The notes below the pieces were generated by a model that did not search any database, was not told where the DNA came from, and saw only the letters and a list, made by a program, of their open reading frames with translations. A stretch of DNA of 64,000 nucleotides from Octopus sinensis (Eukaryota), in contig NC_043005.1 in assembly GCF_006345805.1 (NCBI RefSeq), positions 39,370,001 to 39,434,000 of the forward strand, read 5' to 3'. The position numbers were made by a program, and so were the translations under genes. Below are positions 1 through 17,659 of this stretch, one piece after another; the stretch's first letter is position 1; every line of letters starts with the position of its first letter.

Positions 1-14
1 TAAGTCCTGGGGGA

Positions 15-15
<1 letters not shown>

Positions 16-84
<69 letters not shown>
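16..84. repeat. (TA)n microsatellite
   Basis: Direct reading of the sequence. Confidence 0.98.
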
Positions 85-85
<1 letters not shown>

Positions 86-86
86 C

Positions 87-240
87 GGGATTCTACATAG
101 CTTCTACGAACCAATTCACTCATTCACTCACAAGGCATTGACCGGCTCGAGGTATAGTAGATGATGTGCCGCGCAGTGTGACAGAACTGGAAAGTCAATG
201 TATGCAAGCCGATCTCTTGAACACACGCCAAGCCTCCGCC
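87..240 (-). mobile_element. Decayed tRNA-derived SINE, family B, 5' half
   Basis: Matches the 5835-6275 and 41965-42287 copies (CACTCACAAGGCATTGACCGGCTCGAGGTATAGTAGA). Confidence 0.7.
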
Positions 241-1289
241 TATGTAAGAACATTGACTTATCTATTGCGAAATTAAAATTCAGTAGAACGGAACTATATT
301 TCCTAGATTCGGAGACGAACGCTATAAGCCTGCATCAATCGCTGTTCCTTGCATGCATACATTTTGTATTAAAGTAATGTGCACTCTACTGTTATTACAA
401 TGTTCTCAATTGTCGCTTCTCGTCCTCATATTTTCGCTGTTAAATTTCTTCAAGTTTGCTATAAAACTCATTATTTATTTTCTACGTCTTCACTTGATCC
501 TGTTGCCAAATGTAGAGATTTGTCTTCTGTCGATTTTCGAACTAATTCCCTTTAGATAAACTGAAGCCAAGCTTGTAATAGAATATATACGCTCTTGCAT
601 ATTATAGTCTGCTAAACTAATACATAATGAGACCAACTTCATTTATATTACTCTAAGGGTTTCCTTTCGCATTAGTATTCATTTTTTTCTTTTCCTTTTT
701 CTAAATATTTCTTTCTTAATATCTTTTTGCTTGAAATAATATTCATCGTAATCTATCTTGTACGAGTTAAACGAAACTTTAGAAAACAATGAAAATATTA
801 TTATGACCAAACAACAGTAAAGTGCAATTAACGAGATAATATCTTCCTATACACCGCAGCCAGCGTCTACAACTAATGCTAAACAAACTATGTCGAACAC
901 AGTATATTATTTTCTTTTCATATCCTTCGTTATTGAAGCAGTAAAACCAACTTGAAACTTTATTTCTCTGAAGAAGACGATAAATTGCTTAAAGGAACAT
1001 AACGCGTCGACTATATTCCTTATAATGCAGCAAAAATATTCTTTTGTTTATGCTGAATTGGACTGGTTATTTCTTCATTTGTGTTGTCTACAATATCAAC
1101 GAAGAGAATAAACTGCGTTGCTACATGTGGTTATAATGATGAGATGAAAAGATTGTATGCACCTTGTAGATAACAGTTTCTTTTAGAGCAAACTTTGCAT
1201 ATAAAAGGAATGCAAGTTTATATTATCTATGTCATTTCTTAAGACTAATTTGATCGATAAAAGCTTCGATTTGACGTTGGCTTTCCTCA

Positions 1290-2205
1290 CACAATACAGG
1301 TTTTGTATATTGTGTTCACTAAAATCTAAAACGAATCTACTTGAAGCCTATGAAGAGAAGTACTACACCAGGTTATCGAGATAGTTAACATACCAAACTA
1401 AAACTATAAATGCGAGTTAGAAACGTTAGAAACACAATATTTATATGTATACCGACGGCCTGGTATTATAGACAAAACTAAAACATTGTTGTACTTTGGA
1501 ACGGTCATACTGCCAATAAAAGCACATGCACTGGTTATGTTTTACTTCAATTTTATTACCAGTCGATCAACTAATTAATCAATTGATAAATTAGTAATGA
1601 AACTGAAGTGAAACATAACCAGTGCATATTCATTATGACCTTCAACATATACAATATAACTTCCAAAACATGATTGCACATCAAGAATCTAGTAAACCAA
1701 TACAAAACGGAAATCAAAACACCAAACCACGAGTAGAAAGAACTAATTTGAAGCAACTATAATTCTAATATAAATATTAGACATAGTTATAAGCAGAAAT
1801 TTGAGACTACCGTAAATAACCAACCAACTGACGGTACTAGAAACCCGTAGTTATCGATTGTTGAGCAATATATTAACTGTCTCCATATCAACTAATCAAC
1901 TTGTGAACATATTTCATAGAGTGTCACCAATCTCTAGGCATAACTGAATTATTCATAATCTAAATAAGATACTACAATGCAAAACTAACATGCAAATTTC
2001 CAGGCCTATTACAGAGTAATTATAACTTTCACACCAACGTATAGATGTAATAAACGAAGTCATCTACAGCCAACAACATCACTGATTTCTAGGGATAATT
2101 AACACGTCTTACTTAATATATAACACACAAATTAAAGCCGCAACTAACATATCAATTTTCAAAAGCAAAATTCAGAAGTTATTGGCCGTCAGTTATTGAC
2201 CGAAG
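1290..2205 (+). mobile_element. Highly decayed CR1/L2-like LINE ORF2 remnant
   Basis: Frame fragments QYRFCILCSLKSKTNLLE (cf. QYGFR..RSCLTNLLE), IYMYTDGLVL (cf. YADD) and YNTQIKAATNISIFKSKIQKLL (cf. the CR1/L2 C-terminus). Many stops and deletions. Confidence 0.4.
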
Positions 2206-2710
2206 AAAAGCTAATCAAAGCTCGTATATTTGACACCTCAATGACAAAAGTATATCGCCATACTTACTCGCTACACAGAAATGCCTCTATTATTTCCATA
2301 CATTTAGATTCTACTTGGAAATTTTAAGTGTTGGTGTAAGAAAATAGAGGAAATATATGTCTACTTCATTGAACAAATTAACAGGAAATGCGTACCATAA
2401 GGAGCTCCTTCTCTTGTAAATTTATTACTTGCCACACCTTGATTATCTTCAGTACAGAATGGATTGTAGGAAAAAAAATACTGGCTAATTTCATTGGGTA
2501 ACTAGAAAATCTTTAGATTAATTTAACAATTGTTTGTCTGATAGAACTCAACATATGTGTGATATTTGACATATGATGATATCGCTGTATTTCGTTCTGT
2601 CTTGATTGTTCGTCAGATTGTCGGATCAACATCTCGCGCAAGAGTGCAAGCACACAGACAGAAGCAGCATATGAGAGAGAGAATGTAAAATAAAACATTC
2701 AGACAGGCAT

Positions 2711-2712
2711 TA

Positions 2713-2758
<46 letters not shown>

Positions 2759-2763
2759 TATAT

Positions 2764-2804
<41 letters not shown>

Positions 2805-2876
2805 GAGACAGACAGACAGACAGACAGACAGGTTAGGTAGTAGGTAGGTAGATAGAAGATAGATAGATAGATAGAT

Positions 2877-2915
<39 letters not shown>

Positions 2916-2954
2916 TACAGGCAGACAGACAGACAATCAGATAGACAAACAGAC

Positions 2955-2993
<39 letters not shown>

Positions 2994-3011
2994 TGATAGA
3001 TAGATAGATAA

Positions 3012-3080
<69 letters not shown>

Positions 3081-3136
3081 CAGATAAACAGATAAATAGA
3101 TAGATAGATAAATAGATAGATAGATGATAGGCAGAC

Positions 3137-3220
<84 letters not shown>
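2711..3220. repeat. Compound (TA)n/(GATA)n/(GACA)n microsatellite
   Basis: Direct reading. Confidence 0.97.
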
Positions 3221-3221
<1 letters not shown>

Positions 3222-3862
3222 TGTTTCTTTATTAGCCACACAGGGCTGCACACAGATAGAACAAATTACAAGGTAGAGAGCTTTTCTTTTGAAAAAAAAA
3301 AAAAAAAAAGAAAGGGGGAGTTTCGATCAAAAGGGATCGTAAAAGGAGAGAAAGAGGACAAAAAAAGGGGGGTTAAAAAAAAAAGGGGGAGAGGAAAAAA
3401 AAAAATGATCAATAGGGATCGTTATCACAGAAATGTCAATATGAAGTGTAAAGGGGAGGACAGGTGAGGTTTACCCGTGGAAAGAAAAGCCTACGGAAAA
3501 GACCACGGTAACCTCGGTCAATGGAGTCACATGTTATACTTCTTTTTTTTTTTTTTTTGCAAATAAGCAACTCTCTGTTTTCAATTTCTGGTTCATAGGA
3601 TCATGCTCAAGGTGGCTTCGTCATTCATACGTGCCATTCTTGCTACATTCACCCATCTTTTTTTAAAACATTCGCTAGACAAACTTGCTCTCTACTCTCA
3701 CTTTCCTTTTCAAGTGTACTTGAAGAAGTTGATGAGAGATTGACCAGAGAGGAAAGTGTTTGTCTCCAATCCTTTCAGACGCGTCCACCAGATACATTCT
3801 TTCGCCATAGCCACAAGGATGATGAAAATAGCTCTTCCTTCCCGTTTGAAGGAGGGAGGCGT
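3221..3862 (-). mobile_element. 5'-truncated L1/Tx1-clade LINE (ORF2 C-terminus plus 3' UTR)
   Basis: Minus strand gives ILVAMAKECIWWTRLKG...F...KKRWVNVARM...SMIL* (stop 3593-3595), fitting the L1/Tx1 C-terminal pattern K..IW..R....F...W. The 3' UTR has AATAAA immediately before (TATC)n. Confidence 0.7.
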
Positions 3863-4029
<167 letters not shown>

Positions 4030-4899
4030 TTTTAGACATAATTAATGGACTGACATAGTTATTATATCCAAAAGAATTGTACAGTATCACTAAGCTATAT
4101 ATGATAAGACAAGTTTAGAGCCAGAAATCCTTGTAAACTACAGATAGAAAATCAACAGCAACACACACATGCACATATACACACGTACACACACAGAGTC
4201 ACATTCACATATTGTCTTTGAAAGAAACCTCAACTCGTTGCAAAATACCTGATGGAGAACTGAACAAGATGTGTGTGTTTGTGTATGTGTAAGTGTGTTA
4301 GTGTGTGTGTGTGTGCGTGCGCGCGCCAACACGCACGTGCGTGCGTGCAGATTTTTATTACACTTTCCTAACAAGATTTGGTTTGACATCCATCTCACTG
4401 ATATTGGCAAAATTGATATTAATATTGATATTAATATGAATATTGATACCAATATTAAATATTAATATTAATGTTAATATCGATAATATATTATATATTT
4501 GAGCACTTCTATTAATTTTGATATGAATATTATATCAATATTACTATTCATATATGATATACTTGAGTAATTGTATAAGTTTTACCCATGTCATATCGAA
4601 GGAAAGGGTATATGCGGATTTATATCGAAGTAAACGATGTATTTAGACGGTAAAACTGATTGCTGCAATTATTTTTTTCTTATTTCCATTGAACGTGTAT
4701 ATTCATTGTTTAAGGACATTTTAATGCAGATGAGAAAGTCTGACAACGTATCCTAAGAAACTGGTGGGAAAAATCAAGCGAGAAACAATAACTCATGCAG
4801 TTAGAAAGAGTACAGGAATATATCGAAGTATCCTTTACTGAGACCGAAGCTCTCATCAGAACACTTATCATAGAGTGGAATCTGCTAAATCCAGCCAAA

Positions 4900-5060
4900 G
4901 GCTAAATATTGCTGTTTAACCGGAAGTCGAGCTTATCAAATAAGAATACAGTCCAAAAGTTTCCGGTTACCCAAGTTTACTTACAAGGCTAGGATGCACT
5001 CGGTGAAATGACAGAAGATACTTTCCCAAGGTTCTACACGTTAGAATCGAATCCGATATC
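4900..5060 (-). mobile_element. Decayed SINE family B fragment
   Basis: GAAGATACTTTCCCAAGGTT resembles the family motif GAAGACACTTGCCCAAGGTG. Confidence 0.5.
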
Positions 5061-5171
5061 ATGTAAATTCTATGCTAACATTTTAAAGTAAACAGTCATG
5101 TCTTATGAACATCTAGTTCCATGTTCAATAAATACAACAGGAAAATTTGTGTTCCTTTGTATTTACTTAAG

Positions 5172-5331
5172 TCTCTCCATGTCGGGCTGCTACTTCTCCG
5201 CATTGAGAGATCACAGCACCGCTGCTATGGACATGTAATTAGAAGGTCGCAGGAAAGAATTGCATGATGGATTTTTCAAGCCGAGTCAATTGACAAGAAG
5301 CCTAGCGGTAGACGGAGAACAAGATGGGTAG

Positions 5332-5339
<8 letters not shown>
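5172..5339 (+). mobile_element. RTE-clade LINE 3' fragment
   Basis: LLLRIERSQHRCYGHVIRRSQERIA*WIFQAESIDKKPSGRRRTRWVDNI fits the RTE motif LRWFGHV.R....R.RGR...RW.D; followed by (TA)n. Confidence 0.75.
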
Positions 5340-5380
<41 letters not shown>

Positions 5381-5834
5381 TTGAGGGTAAAATTTAGTCT
5401 TATCAAGTAGTGTTCCTATCTGGGAGAATTTTTCTTAAAGTAGTGGAAATACCTTTTGGCTGCTATTTCTAAAAACTTCAGTATGTGGCAAAGTAATTTA
5501 TTTTACTAAGCCCTAATTATATAATGTTATATATATATACTCTCAGTCGGGCACGCTAGGGAATTTTGCGAGAAATTCTTATGATGGCTGCTTCTGATAG
5601 GACCTTATGGTGGTTGTGCCAGAGGGCTCTACTCCCACGACTCTTCCAGTAATAGTGGGCGGCGAAAATCGGTAGATTCATGTAATTGGCGAATGAATTG
5701 CAGTTGTATAAGCAGTTGTATAAAAATGCCCTCTCAGACTGCAGGCTTCCTTGGCGATTTGTTACTCGCATCTGAGATCTAAAATAAAAAGCTTCCTCAC
5801 GTCGACGAAATTTAGTGTATTAATATTTTGTAGG

Positions 5835-6275
5835 TACCGGTATTGTTACCACATGGTTTCGGGTTCAATCCTACAGCGCGGCACCTTGAGAAAGTGTCCT
5901 CTACTTTAGCTTCGGGTCGACCAATGACTTTTGAGTGAATTTGGTAGATGGAAAGTGTGACGATTCCATCGTATATATAATATGTGTGTGTACGTGTGTG
6001 TGTGTGTGTGTGTGTGTTTTGTGTGTTTGTGTGTGTATGTGTGTGTGTGTGTACCCTTTCATCTATGTCTGTTACCCATCACCACCACTTCCACAGCTTG
6101 ACAACCAGCTTTGGAGTTTTACATCTCGGTAACTTAGTGTTTCGGTAAAAGAAAACAATAAAATAAGTATCAGACCTTAAAAAATACTGGAGCGATTTGT
6201 TCAGCAACAAACCCGACAAAGCAGTATCCTAGCATGACCGCAGTCCAGTAAGGTGAAATAAGTGAAAATAAATGA
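5835..6275 (+). mobile_element. tRNA-derived SINE family B, near full length
   Basis: B-box-like GGTTCAATCC, internal (TG)n, and a tail resembling CCAGCATGGCCGCAGTC...TGAAACAAGTAAAAG found in other copies. Confidence 0.8.
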
Positions 6276-6357
6276 TAGTCGATAGTTTATATCATTGAGA
6301 GATTTAAATCATCAAATTACAATCTCTGATGATGAAATAAAACATCTTTCCTAAGAC

Positions 6358-7468
6358 CAAAGGTGGGCACCGTTAATCGAAAAGTTATCTTCGTTAACCG
6401 TTAATCCGTTAACCAAAAGGTTAACTTCGATAACCGTTAATCAGTTAATTCTTTTAAAATGTTGCGGACGTTATCGATAAACATTTAACTTTAATTTTTA
6501 TTATAGTAAAAACAAAAATCAGTTTTTGCTCTAAAGCCACCTAAAAACACCTTTAAAATATGCCAAAACTATAAAATCAGCTTTTTTTTTTTTTTGCCTT
6601 TTTAAATATAGTGCTTTTGCTTTAGTTTTTGTTTAGTTTTAACTTTTAAAAAATCTAAAAAAGTTTGGTTTCATAGATTTGGCACTTTTATTAGGTTTCT
6701 AAAGGCTTTTAGAGCCGGAAAAGGTTTTTTAAATGTCAAACGAAACACAATATTAGTATTAAGCTAAAAAAAACTATCTCGATAAAGTGGCCGTGAAAAA
6801 ATAAAAATAATGAAAAACACGATATATACATAATATAATTTTTCCTCTTCTTCTCGTTCCCCATTTTTTTCATGAGATGCATGTTGCCCTTCATGAAAAT
6901 TAGAATGTTAAAATTTTCATCAACAGGGATGATCTCTTGGCCCTCAAAATGTCCTTGCCCACAGAGAAAAAACGCTCTACCGCAGCACTGGAAGGGATGG
7001 CTGTGTTGAACTTGATGAACCAACACTGAGGAAGTCAACCGCCTCTTCGTTGTTGCTGCCTCCACAGTTGCTTCTCACTTCCTCAGACTGCTGCCTCATG
7101 GCCTCCTCGACCTTACCCCCCATGTTTTTCTTGTCCTTGGTATTGTAATACTTATCCAAGCAGATAAGGCGAAACATGAATTGGAAAGCAGCAGCCAGAT
7201 AGCATTCCTCATCCTCCAGGAAGGTCCTAAACCTTTTGTAGATGCATGCCAAAACTGCGTCGACCAAAAGGATGCAGTAAAGTCCTTGAGCCTAAAGATC
7301 GTCGTAGCAACTTGAATTAACGAAAGTTAACTCAAGCGGACTTGAGTTGACGGTAGTTAATTGGTCCGGTAATGATTTCCGAAGTTAACTTGAAAGGTAA
7401 ATCGTTGACGAAAATGTGAACTTCGTTAATTAACGATTAACATATTAATGATTTGGTGCTCAGGTTTG
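6358..7468 (-). mobile_element. Non-autonomous hAT transposon (internal deletion derivative with transposase C-terminus)
   Basis: TIRs CAAAGGTGGGCAC / CAAACCTGAGCAC (10/13). 8-bp TSD CCTAAGAC (6350-6357) / ACTAAGAC (7469-7476), 7/8. Subterminal GTTAA(C/T) arrays at both ends. Minus strand FIKFNTAIPSSAAVERFFSVGKDILRAKRSSL (6941-7019) is the hAT dimerisation motif. Confidence 0.92.
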
Positions 7469-8088
7469 ACTAAGACATCATTTACTCTGGGCCTTTCAGG
7501 TCTTATTTCCGCAGTCGATAGCATAGATCCAATTCGCGACAAGGGCCACACTTAAGATAGTTGAATTCTATTTATCGATGGACAGAAGAGACAGAATTCC
7601 TACGGGTCGGAGACAATACGGAGAAAATAGCTGGTAAATATTTCACATAGCCATAAACAAATATTTATAAGCTCGGTAGTATTACTTGAAGATGACTGGG
7701 TTACACCATGTTGAGCTTGTCACATACCTATGAAAACTAATCTGGCAAATGAACATTATTCTACCGCTCGGACGTAGCTGCAATCTTTCATCGCTACCGG
7801 AAAGGTGACAGTCAGAGTCAGAAAAAGAAACGTGCAGAAATTATATACGGCTGTTTGGATACTGATGTTTTTGTGCATGACTGATTGGACATTCAGCCTG
7901 TTTTGGTGATAGTACATTATGGCACTGAAGGCAATACATACACTAACACATGCCCACACGCGCACACTCGCATGCAGAAATATACACATGCATTTAAAAA
8001 GTCTGGGAGAGAGGGGAAGAGAAAGAAAAAACCTTAGAATTATTTATTGAACACGATTGATATAAACACATTCTCTTTCCTCGTACAC

Positions 8089-8299
8089 ATAGGAATATGG
8101 AAATAAGGTCCCATACATTAGTAGAGATAAAGAGAGAGGAGGAAAGAAAGATGGAAGAGATGAGAGAACGAGATAACCATTACACGAGAGAAGAATTAAA
8201 GTGTCTGATGTCAAATAAGGAATAAGTGTCTAATGTCAAAATAGGAATTAAAGTGTCTCGTGTCAAATAGGAATATGGAAATAAGCTCTCACCCATTAA

Positions 8300-8344
<45 letters not shown>

Positions 8345-8406
8345 GGAATGAGAGAACAAGAAAACCATTAAACGAGAGAAGAATCAAAGTGTCTAATGTC
8401 AAATAA
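8089..8406 (+). repeat. Local ~180-bp tandem duplication with internal ~23-bp repeats
   Basis: ATAGGAATATGGAAATAAG...GAGAGAAC.AGA.AACCATTA.ACGAGAGAAGAAT.AAAGTGTCT.ATGTCAAATAAG occurs twice; the AAGTGTCT..TGTCAAA subunit occurs four times. Confidence 0.85.
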
Positions 8407-8802
8407 GTCAGCATTGAATCAACGACACAAAACGGCTGTGACAAAACCTTTCATTCTCTACAATGAAGATGATCATAATGAATAGACGTGAAATATACGT
8501 GTGTGTGTAATTGTGAATGTACGTGTTTGTGCGTGTGCAGATTAGTGGTAGATATAAAGCTAAATTCTAAGCCACCCATGCAGGTACCACCAGTATATAC
8601 ATTGCTGTTATGTACATTGTTAATATTAACAAATATTAATATTAACAAATAAAATACAAATTCCACAAGAATCACATGAAAAGCTTAAGGCAGATAGATT
8701 CAGAGAACATGAGGGAACTACAAAATATTAATAACAAAAACATTAAAATACGTCCTTATATTGCCAAATGGAATAATGAAATATAACCATGTAGTTCCAT
8801 AG

Positions 8803-12825
<4,023 letters not shown>

Positions 12826-13276
12826 ACTTTTCATATAACGGCTGCCGTTACAATGAAACGTTACGACAATTCTAATAATAATAATAATAATGTAAAAGAA
12901 AAAAAGATACTAGATTCAACCAATTCGAATAGGTTCTTCTCTCCCATTACTATTTAGTTTCATTCTTCTTCTTTCTTTCTTAACTTCTTTATTGGCTTCT
13001 TTTATTTCCCTCAACAGTGTGTCAGTCTTCATTTTTTTTTCTTACGTGCACGCAGAGTTGCATATATGTCTGTTTATGTGCATGGAACTTGGATGCATGT
13101 ATTTGAATCTCTGTGCGTGTAAGAGTGTACAGTATACGCATATTTATATATGAGTGTGTGTATGTGTAAATGCATGTATGGATATATGCATATATGTATG
13201 CATGTATGTATATATGCGTGCATGTAAACTACTCTCAAACGTATACCTGATTTTATGCAGCTAAATAAAGAGTAAT

Positions 13277-13378
13277 ATATATGTATATATGTGTATATAT
13301 ATGTATATATATATGTATATATATATATGTATATATATGTATATATATATATATATATGTATATCTATATATATGTAT

Positions 13379-13419
<41 letters not shown>

Positions 13420-14148
13420 TCAAAGAATCGTATATGTGTGTGTGGAATCGCGTGCGTGAGTGTATGAGAGAGACTGTGGAGGCAATTATATATGAATATG
13501 AGCGCGGACGTGCGTGCCTGTGTGTGTATGAGTGCGTGTGTGTATACACATATGTATACATATATCTATATGCGTGTGTGGGTGGCGATGTGTATGTAGG
13601 CATATATATTTTTGTGTGAGTGTATGAGTGTGTTGAGGTGTGAGTGAGAGAGAGAGAGAGAGAGAGAGAAAGTTAGAGAAAGAGCAAGAGAGAGTGAGAG
13701 GGAGTTGGTATATTACCGTATCAAGAATGGAATTGATATGCCCGATTATATACTATTATCAAAATATTAATACTTAACACACCCATACACGCACACACAC
13801 ATATTATATGTATGTTCACATACATTTGCAGATAAACATATGTTCGTGTGACTTTGCTTGTATGTCTGTTCATGTAATTCTTGCTTCACAACTAAAATGA
13901 AGTGAAAAATAATATATTTACTAACGACTTGTCCCACTAATAGTTTCTTTTGTACTTTTATTTGCTACTCTTAATTTATCTGTCATTTACGCATACACTG
14001 CGCATATACATAAAGTACATATAAACATATGAATCTGTATATGTATGTGTGTATATATATATATATATGCGTGTGTGTATGTGTGTGTATACATATATAT
14101 ATGTGTATGTATGTATATATATATACACACACACACATATATATATAC

Positions 14149-14213
<65 letters not shown>

Positions 14214-14420
14214 CAGAGAGACAGAAAAACAGACAGACAGATGGATAGATAGATATTTAGATTATATATATATTGATAGATAGATAGATACATACATACA
14301 TAGATTTACATACATATATGCATAGATATTCTATGTTCATATATATATTTATATGTGTATGATATATATATGTGTGTGTGTGCGTGAGTGTGTGTGTCTG
14401 TGTATGTGTGTGTGTGTATG
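13277..14420. repeat. Cluster of (TA)n/(TATG)n/(CA)n/(GA)n/(GATA)n microsatellites
   Basis: Direct reading; interrupted by short unique stretches. Confidence 0.9.
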
Positions 14421-16028
14421 TGTGTGTATGCATGGTTGTATATGGTGTATATGTATGAATGTCTAATATACATACATTCACACAGAAAGAAGTGGGAATG
14501 AAAGGTAAAGTGTGTGAAGGAGGAACGATGATTGTGAAGCGAAAGGAAGCCAAAGTGAGAATCTGCGTTTGAAATGGGAAGAGGTGGTATAAAAAAAGTA
14601 GCGAGGGAAATATCAACGAAAATATAACAGATGCAACATATGTCTAAATACTAATCGACATTTCATCAAATCCTTTTCGTATGCATCTTTAACGCCGGGA
14701 AAACGTGCTCGACAAGGTCTGAACAGATCATCTTAAACCTCTTAAGTCAAGTTAAATCATATGGCAGCCATTTTGAGATTTCCAGTTTTCTCAAGCGTCT
14801 CTATTTATCGTGTTTTTCTTTCTCATTCTGCTTATCATTTCATTCGGACTCTGCAGACGGCTTCGTGACGTGCTGGTAGTAGTGAATCGTTATGGAATGT
14901 GGGGTGGGCGGAGAAAAAGCAGCAACAGTTCTAAGAAGCAATATGTAGAAGATAATGTTTTAATGCTTTTACACATGAAATCTATGAATTGTTTCCACTT
15001 GTATCATGAAAGAGAGACTAGAGAGGGATAAGGGGGATAACTGTAGAGAATGTGAGGGAGACTGACAGAGGGCGAATATAGTGAAGGTTGAAATGTAAAA
15101 GGAGATGTTGGGTCGGGTTGGTTCTTAGTGATTCGTGGCAATACACAGTGTGTTTGGTATGGAATGAAAAGAACAAGATATCAAGAGAGAGAATTTAGAA
15201 GTCACACATCGCTTGAAACGTGCCAGGCGTACAAGTTTTGCGTTTTTGCGTCTTGCTTTTGATATTGTCCAGTAAATTAGAATATGACAAGTGGAGGTAA
15301 TGTTATTTAATTAGGGGGATATGTGAAGGAGATGTATGCAGGGTGTGATGGCGGCGAGATTGTATGTGTGTGTGGCGATGGTGGTGAAAAGAGGGTGAAT
15401 ACGTAGGAGACTGAATATTAGGGTAAGAGGAGTTTGGCTGGGATGGAATAACTGTTTCTCGGAGAAATGGACAGGATCGATCGATATGTATCATCTAATC
15501 AATTGGATTACTGACTTAGAACAGAGGGAATATCACCATGACAAAATTGTCCTGTTCATATCGAATATATATATATATTCATATACATGCATTCATACAA
15601 ATATGCTTACACAAACACACACACACAAACATAAATATATATATAGGCATACAGATGCACCTACGCACATACATGCATATATATATGAGTTTGTGCATAT
15701 GCGTATGTACGTGCACATTATTAAACATATATTACATACATATATATATATATGTACATATACATATATTTGTATACATGTATATAAAGGTTTTTTATAG
15801 ATATATGTGTATACACAGAGAGGAAGACACACACACATATATATAAGAGTATATTTATATAGATATATAAGTGTATATATTAATATGTTATAACATCATA
15901 TAAAATATAAGCAAAGGCATGCCCACATACATAAACGCGCGCACAAACTACGCACGCACGAACGCACACACATGCACACACACACTCACTCACACACACA
16001 AAACATATACAATATATTTTTACAATAT

Positions 16029-16253
<225 letters not shown>

Positions 16254-16702
16254 AAGAAGCATAAATATATGTTTATTATATATATATATAAGCCTACATA
16301 TATATAATACATTACATATACATATACGGATTTAAATTAAATAATTATGTATATAAATATATACATATAAATTTATTATATACATGCATCCTAATACGTA
16401 GACATATAGATGCATACACAGACACACACACGCGTGTGTGTATGTTTATATGGATTTGCGAGTTTCTACGATTAAATCATGAATAGCAATTTATTGAAAT
16501 TTCCCTCCCTCCCCCTCTTTCTCTCTCACTCTCTTCCCTCTATCTCTCTCTCTCTCTCCTTCTCTTACTCTCTGTTTCTCTATTTCTCTCGTGTTATGCT
16601 TCGCTCTTTATTTCAATTGTATTAAATATACATCTACCTTCTATTTATAATGCTGTGTGTATATATATATATACGCACAAATTAATATTCTTTTGCATCT
16701 GT

Positions 16703-16758
<56 letters not shown>

Positions 16759-17659
16759 TTGTGTGTGTGTGTACGAATGTGCTATGGGTGTTTGTGCATG
16801 TTGTTACATATATGTATGGGTATACGTATGTGTAAATGCCTGAACATGATATGTGCCATAAAATTTCTGCATCCCTAAGGATATTAACTATCTACTTCCA
16901 TAAATCTTTCTTAATGCAACACATAGTTGTGTTGACCTTGGTTTCCTTTTAGAGTTAATTTTTCACCCTTGAAGAATTAAACTTGTGGATTCTTTAGTAT
17001 TAAACTGAATGGACTACATAAATGTTAAATGTTATATCAACTAAAATTATGCATTGCTGGCGGCAACGCGCGAACTGCTGACCTGAAAGTTGGTTCTCCA
17101 TTTTCTTACTGCATACCTCCTATCCACTCATTTAGCGTAGCGTAAAAATATAATTAGAAAATCATAATCGAAAACTGATTAATAGTACATCTAACCGTCC
17201 TTATTACGAAAGAGTGGTAAAAAGAGAAAGTAACACACTGTGATGTGCAGTTTGCATATGAAACGAATGGTAGATTCATTAACACCAAACTCGTGCTCCA
17301 CAACAGCAAATTTCAAACGTCGCGTAATTTTTTTCTTTACCATTTTCTGCAGAGAAATTATACTCGTTTGTTAGGATCAGTCGCCTTCGTAATTTTTCTG
17401 TTCACTAGTCCCATGTTAATGAGTACGAGCACAGAAAATCCGTATGAAAATACGTAGCTTCGCCGCAAGTAGACTCAATCGGTGATTTTTGGGTGATACA
17501 AACAGAAACTTTTAATTGAACGCCGATCGGTTTTATCACAGACCAATTTGGCATAAACGTAAAATAGTTCATAATGGAGTGTACCGTGTTATACCGGATC
17601 AGTGATAAAATGAAACCGTGACAGACAAGGCTACAATTACAAAGCCAGACGTTACTCGT

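Noticed and set aside
7515-7633. Upstream exon for the 8.8-12.8 kb gene model
   Set aside because: All frames from the best acceptor contain stops, and alternative starts give frames incompatible with the four-exon chain.
17351-17457. Strong acceptor followed by RNYTRLLGSVAFVIFLFTSP...ENPYENT*, resembling a receptor tail
   Set aside because: It is adjacent to a mariner remnant, has no compatible upstream exon, and is too short to distinguish from chance.
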